A DNA stretch of 63,359 bases, filler included, from a bacterium (GTDB lineage: Bacteria > UBP15 > UBA6099 > JAJRTR01): assembly GCA_024278215.1 (NCBI GenBank). It is 6 parts of 6 records of this genome, joined end to end, with 100 filler letters (N's around TTAATTAATTAA, not from the genome) between each part and the next. Parts side by side here need not be neighbours in the genome. Positions count along the whole stretch, not along the records: positions 54,381 to 59,891 come from JAJRTR010000115.1; positions 59,992 to 63,359 come from JAJRTR010000123.1; 4 more parts are not named here. One strand, written 5' to 3'. The position numbers and the translations under genes are program-made. The notes beneath the pieces are model-generated. The model ran no database searches. It had not been told where the DNA came from and saw only the letters and a program-made list of their open reading frames with translations. This document shows, in pieces, positions 58,093 through 63,359 of the stretch (the first letter of the stretch is position 1; the number at the start of each line of letters is the position of its first letter).

Positions 58093-58929
58093 TCACGCCG
58101 GGAACTCCCTGCCGAGGAAATCCAGCATCAGGCTGTTTACTTTATCTGCGTTGTTCACATGGCCGTTGTGCCCGATGGAACTGAGTATGTGCAGTTCGGA
58201 ATCCGGTATTTGCGCGTGCATTCTTTTCGCGTGTCCGAGGGGGACGATCTGGTCGAACCTGCTCGCGATAATGCAGGTCGGAACTTTAAGACCGGCGAGT
58301 TGCGATTCGATATCCATGTCCATCAGGGCGCGGTATTCGGCCATTGAGACTTCCGCGGAACTGTCGAATATGCCGACCGAAGCCATGATGACAAAAGGGT
58401 GTTCGTCGCCAAGGAAAACGGAAGCGAGATCACCCGCAATGTTGAAGCCGGTGTTTATTGTTTTGTTGATCGAAGGCTCACATAAAAAGTGGACAAAAGC
58501 GCCGACGGCCGTTTCCTTGATAACATCCGGAATGAATTTAAAAAAGCTGTAACCGGTCTGGAGCAGGATCAGCGCGCCGATTGATTCCGGGTTGCGATGG
58601 AAAAGCATCTGCGCGATCGTGCCGCCGGCGGAATGGCCCGCGACGGCAAAGCGGTTATCGGGGCCGGCCCCCGTCTTTTTCATCAGCTCGTCGAAGCCGT
58701 CTATAACAGTGTTAAACGAGAATCCATCTATACCCTTTGTGCTTCCGCCGTGTCCGGGCCAGTCGGCGGCGATGACCCTGTACCCGGCGTTCGCGAGGGT
58801 TTTGATCTGTGATGTCCATTGTATCGACCGACCGCCGAGCCCGTGTATAAGCAACACGGTTTCGCCCTCGACAGGACCGGTTTCCCTTATGTACATTTCG
58901 ATTCCGCTGTCGAGTTTCATATATGGCAT
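58093..58929 (-). CDS. Alpha/beta hydrolase
   Basis: IHG, D.PGHGGS, GHSAGG nucleophile, D..VP, GH. Confidence 0.92.
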   Translation of the reverse strand: MPYMKLDSGIEMYIRETGPVEGETVLLIHGLGGRSIQWTSQIKTLANAGYRVIAADWPGHGGSTKGIDGFSFNTVIDGFDELMKKTGAGPDNRFAVAGHSAGGTIAQMLFHRNPESIGALILLQTGYSFFKFIPDVIKETAVGAFVHFLCEPSINKTINTGFNIAGDLASVFLGDEHPFVIMASVGIFDSSAEVSMAEYRALMDMDIESQLAGLKVPTCIIASRFDQIVPLGHAKRMHAQIPDSELHILSSIGHNGHVNNADKVNSLMLDFLGREFPA

Positions 58930-59021
58930 GAGACATTCCTTTTCAACAAAATGCGCCGCCCGGCACAGGTGGGCGAGAACATTATCAACCCGCATAATCC
59001 TGTAAAAAAGCAAACGGCGAG

Positions 59022-59528
59022 TTATTTCTTTTTCGCAAGTATTTCTTTGACTTCTTCGACCATAGATTTAACGTCGAGGTCGAGATTCTCGCGCTGTGTC
59101 TCGATTATCTTCTTCTCGATCAATCTGCCGAGGACCGGGATTTTCACCTTGATCTCACCTCGAAGTTCGCGGGCGGTCTTGCCGTTTTCAAGTTTTTTCC
59201 ATTTTGCCGTCCCGCTCATTTTGAAGACATTCGCCATATAAAAAGGTGTGACTTTGAATGTGTATGTGTTTGTGCTGTAGTCGAATTCGCCTTCTTCGAC
59301 CCAGGTCAGCATTTTCGGCGTAATAATTTTTCTGATTCTGGGCGGGATGTCACCGTTTGCGCATGTTTCGATCTTCGTATATTGTTTCTTCCCCTTTTTC
59401 TTGCGCTTGAGGACCTTTACGCTTGTGATGTTGGGATAAACCCGCACGTCCCGCTCTTCGCGTTTCTGTGTCAGTTCGATAAGCATTTCCATCGGCGCGT
59501 CGATTTCGTGATAGTGTTTGTACTTCAA
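59022..59528 (-). CDS. DUF2505/SRPBCC (START-like) protein
   Basis: IP..IRK......W.EE and G.IKVKIPVLG.LIEK.I patterns. Confidence 0.7.
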   Translation of the reverse strand: MKYKHYHEIDAPMEMLIELTQKREERDVRVYPNITSVKVLKRKKKGKKQYTKIETCANGDIPPRIRKIITPKMLTWVEEGEFDYSTNTYTFKVTPFYMANVFKMSGTAKWKKLENGKTARELRGEIKVKIPVLGRLIEKKIIETQRENLDLDVKSMVEEVKEILAKKK

Positions 59529-59750
59529 TGGTTTCTCTCCCCGCTTTCCGTAGTATTTATGGCTTCAAAGTATCCCGCGGCGGTTTGCGTTCCGCTCGAA
59601 TGCGAGCAGATAATTATATCGTACCATCCGTGCAAACATCAAAAGTCATTTGCGGCGGACTGTGTCGGCTGAGCAGGGAACACCTTTTTATTTCGATGGA
59701 TAACAATAAACAAAAGATAATCGGGAAAATACTATTAAGAACTGTATAAA

Positions 59751-59891
59751 GAGCCAATTGCAAAATTATGTTCGTAGCGAGGTCGAGCGAAATTGTTCAG
59801 AGCAAGGCGGAGGTGTAAAATCCTCGCAGGCGTACTTGTAGAGTACGTCGAGGACGATTTTGTGCCGACAACGCAGCTATGGACAATAGCA
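59751..59891 (+). mobile_element. MITE family A, partial copy at contig end
   Basis: Left TIR intact; cut by the gap. Confidence 0.9.
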
Positions 59892-59991
59892 NNNNNNNNN
59901 NNNNNNNNNNNNNNNNNNNNNNNNNNNNNNNNNNNTTAATTAATTAANNNNNNNNNNNNNNNNNNNNNNNNNNNNNNNNNNNNNNNNNNNN
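59892..59991. other. Artificial contig linker
   Basis: N-run with TTAATTAATTAA. Confidence 0.98.
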
Positions 59992-59996
59992 ATTTT

Positions 59997-60025
59997 TTGC
60001 CCGAATTGGTGAAATATGCGGGGTA
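59997..60025 (+). repeat. Family F hairpin repeat, copy 4
   Basis: CCCGAATTGGTGAAATATGCGGGG; abuts a truncated MITE A. Confidence 0.7.
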
Positions 60026-60113
60026 GAGTTCGTCGAGGAAGATTTTGTGCCGACAACGCAGCTATGGACAATAGCAGCCGACCGCAGCAGAATCAGGATT
60101 TTGCATTTGTATC
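60023..60113 (+). mobile_element. MITE family A, degenerate 3' half
   Basis: GTAGAGTTCGTCGAGG...GATTTTGCATTTGTATC (decayed TIR). Confidence 0.8.
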
Positions 60114-60280
60114 ATACTTCTACTTCCATTTTTCCAGTTGTAACAATAGCGGGAATGTCGATGAAGTTTCTGAAAACTCTCTTCAGCTTGCTTTTTTCAA
60201 ATCGTAGCATTTTGGATGCAAGAATTTTGTAAAGGGAATTCGCGATGAGTGTGAGCGTGACGTCGAAATCACTTTGACGA
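60112..60280 (-). pseudogene. Probable transposase C-terminal fragment
   Basis: DFDVTLTLIANSLYKILA...FE......FRNFI resembles DDE transposase C-termini; embedded among repeats. Confidence 0.45.
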
Positions 60281-60561
60281 CCACCGGCGCAATTCGCGCG
60301 CGATCTTGTAGCATTCTTCCCTGTCCTAATATCTATTGCGTCAAAATGATCCTTCAGTCTCTCTTCTTCTTTGAACAGTTTCTCCAGAGCCATGTTTCAC
60401 CCCGTATTTCTGTTGTATCCTGAAACCTTTCGTTTTCTGTAATATCCTTTTGTCGTTGTTGTCTTATCACATTATTCGCAATTTGTTCATGATATGCATT
60501 ATAATAGGCAACAGACTGCGCCGTTCACGTGGTGCATTGGGCATAATACTTTAACGGCATA

Positions 60562-60656
60562 TCAGAAATTCCTGAAATGCAAAAACATCAGTTTTTGCGA
60601 AATGCGACTTCTTCATAGTTGCAACGACACAGTCGTTGCATTCCAGGAATTTCGGA
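60562..60656. repeat. REP-doublet-like element (family E), copy 2
   Basis: Same two hairpins as 37574-37705, with arms TCAGAAATTCCTGAAAT / ATTCCAGGAATTTCGGA on the outside. Confidence 0.7.
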
Positions 60657-60718
60657 TGTACCGTTGCGAACAGTTACCTGTGAACGGATACCCGCGAACT
60701 TTTGGAACATCCAAATAT

Positions 60719-60861
60719 TGATTCGTGTGTAAAAAGTCACGGATGACATTTGTCAATAGACAATAAGCAACAATAACGAACTCGCAAAGAGCGTTTTTGT
60801 GCATTTCCGCCGACTTTAACAACAACGGCTGAATTGAAAATGACTAATTACACACGAATCA
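60719..60861 (+). mobile_element. MITE family C (143 bp), copy 3
   Basis: Same TIRs and length as 35795-35937; flanks AATAT / ATTAT. Confidence 0.85.
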
Positions 60862-60915
60862 ATTATTGTGCTGACATGCAACGGCTACCGTTAAAACGAA
60901 AAGAGAAATGAATCA

Positions 60916-61782
60916 ATGGCAAATATGTCTTTTAAGAAACTTCATATAACATTTTCAGAGATCTGCCTGATAGTCGTTTTATGCGCATCGACGACTACGC
61001 TTGCAGAAAAAGATTTTACGGCAGAGGCGAAAAAGCCTCTTGCAGAATATACATTCAAAGTCATTACGTATAACATCTGCGGCCTGCCTGACCTCATTAC
61101 GTATGGCAGGAACCTGGCGCCTATGGATAAACGCTTTAAATATATCGGCAGGAACCTGCGAAGATATGACATCATCGGACTTCAGGAAGCCTTCGTGAAG
61201 AAGAAAAGCATTATCGAAAACGAACTGGGTGCATATTACCAGGTGCACGGCACGGATACGGGCGTTGCGAATCCTATCGGGAGCGGCGTAATGATATTTT
61301 CACGATGGCCGATATACAGGTCTCATTATGAAAAGTGGCGCAAGTCTGTGGGGCCCGATGCCCTGAGCCACAAGGGATTTGTTCTGGCGACAACAAAAAT
61401 CGGCAAAGACCTGATGATAGACGTATATAATCTGCACGCGCAGGCCGGGGGAAGCAAGGAAAAGATTGACATCGACAACATGTACCAGCTTGCCAATGCT
61501 ATGAAGAAACTATCTGTCGGCGACGGCAACCCTATATTGCTCATCGGCGACTTCAACTGCCGGTTCGGGGATGAGCAGTGCTCCGTTCTTCTAAAGGAAA
61601 CCGGCGTAACAAATGTTATGGATGGTCAAAAAGGAGTGGATCATATTTTCTACCGCACTAATAACTCCGGCTGGAACATCGAAGTGGAGAGCCACGCGGT
61701 GGTTTTCGATAAAAAGTTCAACGGCAAGCGCATCAGCGACCACGAAGGCTTCGAGGTAGTTTTTAAGTTCATTAGAGAATAA
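60916..61782 (+). CDS. Secreted endonuclease/exonuclease/phosphatase family protein (sphingomyelinase-like)
   Basis: Signal peptide; TYN, DII.LQE, GSG..I.SRWP, KG, NLH, GDFN, DHI, SDH. Confidence 0.88.
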   Translation: MANMSFKKLHITFSEICLIVVLCASTTTLAEKDFTAEAKKPLAEYTFKVITYNICGLPDLITYGRNLAPMDKRFKYIGRNLRRYDIIGLQEAFVKKKSIIENELGAYYQVHGTDTGVANPIGSGVMIFSRWPIYRSHYEKWRKSVGPDALSHKGFVLATTKIGKDLMIDVYNLHAQAGGSKEKIDIDNMYQLANAMKKLSVGDGNPILLIGDFNCRFGDEQCSVLLKETGVTNVMDGQKGVDHIFYRTNNSGWNIEVESHAVVFDKKFNGKRISDHEGFEVVFKFIRE

Positions 61783-61938
61783 CCGTAAACACTCGGGTAG
61801 TTCACATATAACAGGTATTCACGGAGTACGTTGGAAAACATGGCGCGGTCTTCATATCTCAACAATATGGGCCGATATGACCGTGTCCGGTTTGTTGACA
61901 ACCGATGATCGACACGACAGTCGGAAGCTGGTGCAGCC

Positions 61939-63359
61939 ATGAGCAGAAAACCGAATATTTTGATAGTCGAAGATTATTTCGATTTCGCAGATAGCGTGCA
62001 ATCTTATCTCAAAATGGAAGATATGAATGCGGAGATTGCAGGCAGCGGCACGGAGGCGCTTGCGCAATGCGGAAAAATGGTTTTCGACATTGCACTCGTC
62101 GACATAAATCTGCCCGATATACAGGGAGACGAACTTCTGGATGTGCTCCGCGAAAAGAATCCACGGTTGGAATTCATAATCATCACAGGTCACGCATCCC
62201 TCGAGAGCGCCCTGAAAGCAGTGCGGCATAAAAATGTTGTTGCCTATGAGGTCAAACCCATTGATATGGACCGGCTGCGTGCGCTTATCCAGGAAATCAT
62301 GGCTCGCAAGCATGTGGAAAATGCGCTTGTCGAGAGTGAAAAAAGATACCGTAAACTTATAGAAAACGCTCCAATGGGAATTGTCGTCTTTCAGGACAGG
62401 AAGCATGTGCTCGTAAACAACAGAATGGCGGAAATCTCCGGTTATACAATAGATGAACTGTTGTCTTATTCTATCGACGACACCGATATGATTATTGAAT
62501 CCGAGCCGAATCCTGTAATAAATAATTATGACCGCTGGATGAATGGTGAAGCAATACAGAAAGAAATATTCGCACAAATCAAACGCAAAGACGGTGCTGT
62601 TCGCACACTGCGCGGCAGAATAACTTCCGACATTGAGGTCGAGGGCCGGCCCGCGTTGATGTTCTTTGTCGAGGATATAACCGAGCAGGAAAAAATCAGG
62701 GAGAATATGGTTCGGTCGGAAAAATTTTCCGTCATCGCGCAATTAACTATGGGACTCCACCATGAGATCAGGAACCCGCTCGCGATCATAACGGCCCATG
62801 TGCAGACCCTGCTCGGACATCCGGTCGTGATGAAAACCGACGATGAGGACCTTGCTCATTCGGCCGATGTCATAAATCAGCAGATATCCAGAATCGTTTC
62901 CATCCTCAACAGCCTGTCTCTCCTGGGCAAAGAAACAAAACTTTCGCTCGAGCCGACCAACATACTGAAAGTCATCGAGAGAATCGAGGAAATGTTCGCC
63001 CCCAAGTTGAAGAAATCAAAAGTAGTTTTGACTTGCGACTGCAATGGAAAAGACATAAGCGACACATTAGCTGATGAAGGCCGTCTGCTACAGGTTTTTG
63101 CAAACTTCGTTTTCAACTCACTGGACAGCATGCCTGACGGCGGAGAAATAAATATAGGTGTTTCAGAAAACAGTGATAATACAATAACAATATCGTTTTC
63201 CGACACCGGCTGTGGGATTTCTAAAAGTGATATCAACAAAGTCTTCACACCATTCTTCTCTACAAAACATGACGGCATGGGAATGGGGCTCACCGTCAGC
63301 AACAGTATAATTCAGGAGCATAAAGGCAGCATCCGTATCAGCAACAGAGAATCGGGTGG
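61939..63359 (+). CDS. Receiver-PAS-histidine kinase (3' truncated by window end; absent from the ORF track)
   Basis: MSRKPNILIVED..LVDINLPD..ITGH, YRKLIENAP PAS, HEIRNPL, QVFAN...N, DTG.GI, PFFSTK..GMGMGL. Confidence 0.93.
   Translation, partial: MSRKPNILIVEDYFDFADSVQSYLKMEDMNAEIAGSGTEALAQCGKMVFDIALVDINLPDIQGDELLDVLREKNPRLEFIIITGHASLESALKAVRHKNVVAYEVKPIDMDRLRALIQEIMARKHVENALVESEKRYRKLIENAPMGIVVFQDRKHVLVNNRMAEISGYTIDELLSYSIDDTDMIIESEPNPVINNYDRWMNGEAIQKEIFAQIKRKDGAVRTLRGRITSDIEVEGRPALMFFVEDITEQEKIRENMVRSEKFSVIAQLTMGLHHEIRNPLAIITAHVQTLLGHPVVMKTDDEDLAHSADVINQQISRIVSILNSLSLLGKETKLSLEPTNILKVIERIEEMFAPKLKKSKVVLTCDCNGKDISDTLADEGRLLQVFANFVFNSLDSMPDGGEINIGVSENSDNTITISFSDTGCGISKSDINKVFTPFFSTKHDGMGMGLTVSNSIIQEHKGSIRISNRESG

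Noticed and set aside
24257-59991. TTAATTAATTAA palindromes inside five N-runs
   Set aside because: Artificial all-frame stop linkers joining contigs; not biological.
1-63359. CRISPR array, rRNA, tRNA
   Set aside because: All repeats are dispersed, with no repeat-spacer periodicity; no cas genes or RNA-gene signatures recognised.

Overview
A 63-kb bacterial window made of six contigs joined by artificial N-linkers containing TTAATTAATTAA, so adjacency across gaps is not biological. The genes fit an anaerobic, motile organism. Housekeeping genes are queA, queE, trxB, ispH, tsaB-rimI, trxA, rpsF-ssb-rpsR-rplI, dnaB, purD, aminotransferase-serA and remA-gmk-rpoZ-coaBC. Other content includes a cheW-SBP-MCP operon, an SBP plus hybrid kinase module, secreted phosphoesterases, a GH31 and a lipid-handling cluster. 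The most unusual items are: (1) an orphan flagellin carrying an apparently complete von Willebrand A (MIDAS-type) domain in its variable region; (2) two glycyl radical enzymes with non-canonical motifs and no activase in the window, one (GCQE/RIHGQ) downstream of thioredoxin reductase and one (GCVE/KVGGY) in a TetR-ADC-ACAD operon; (3) a SulP-STAS-receiver fusion; (4) a degenerate MNT-like/HEPN pair; (5) about six families of small intergenic repeats or MITEs, one of which sits at most contig breaks. No rRNA, tRNA or CRISPR array was recognised. All product calls come from motif recognition by eye, not from database searches.
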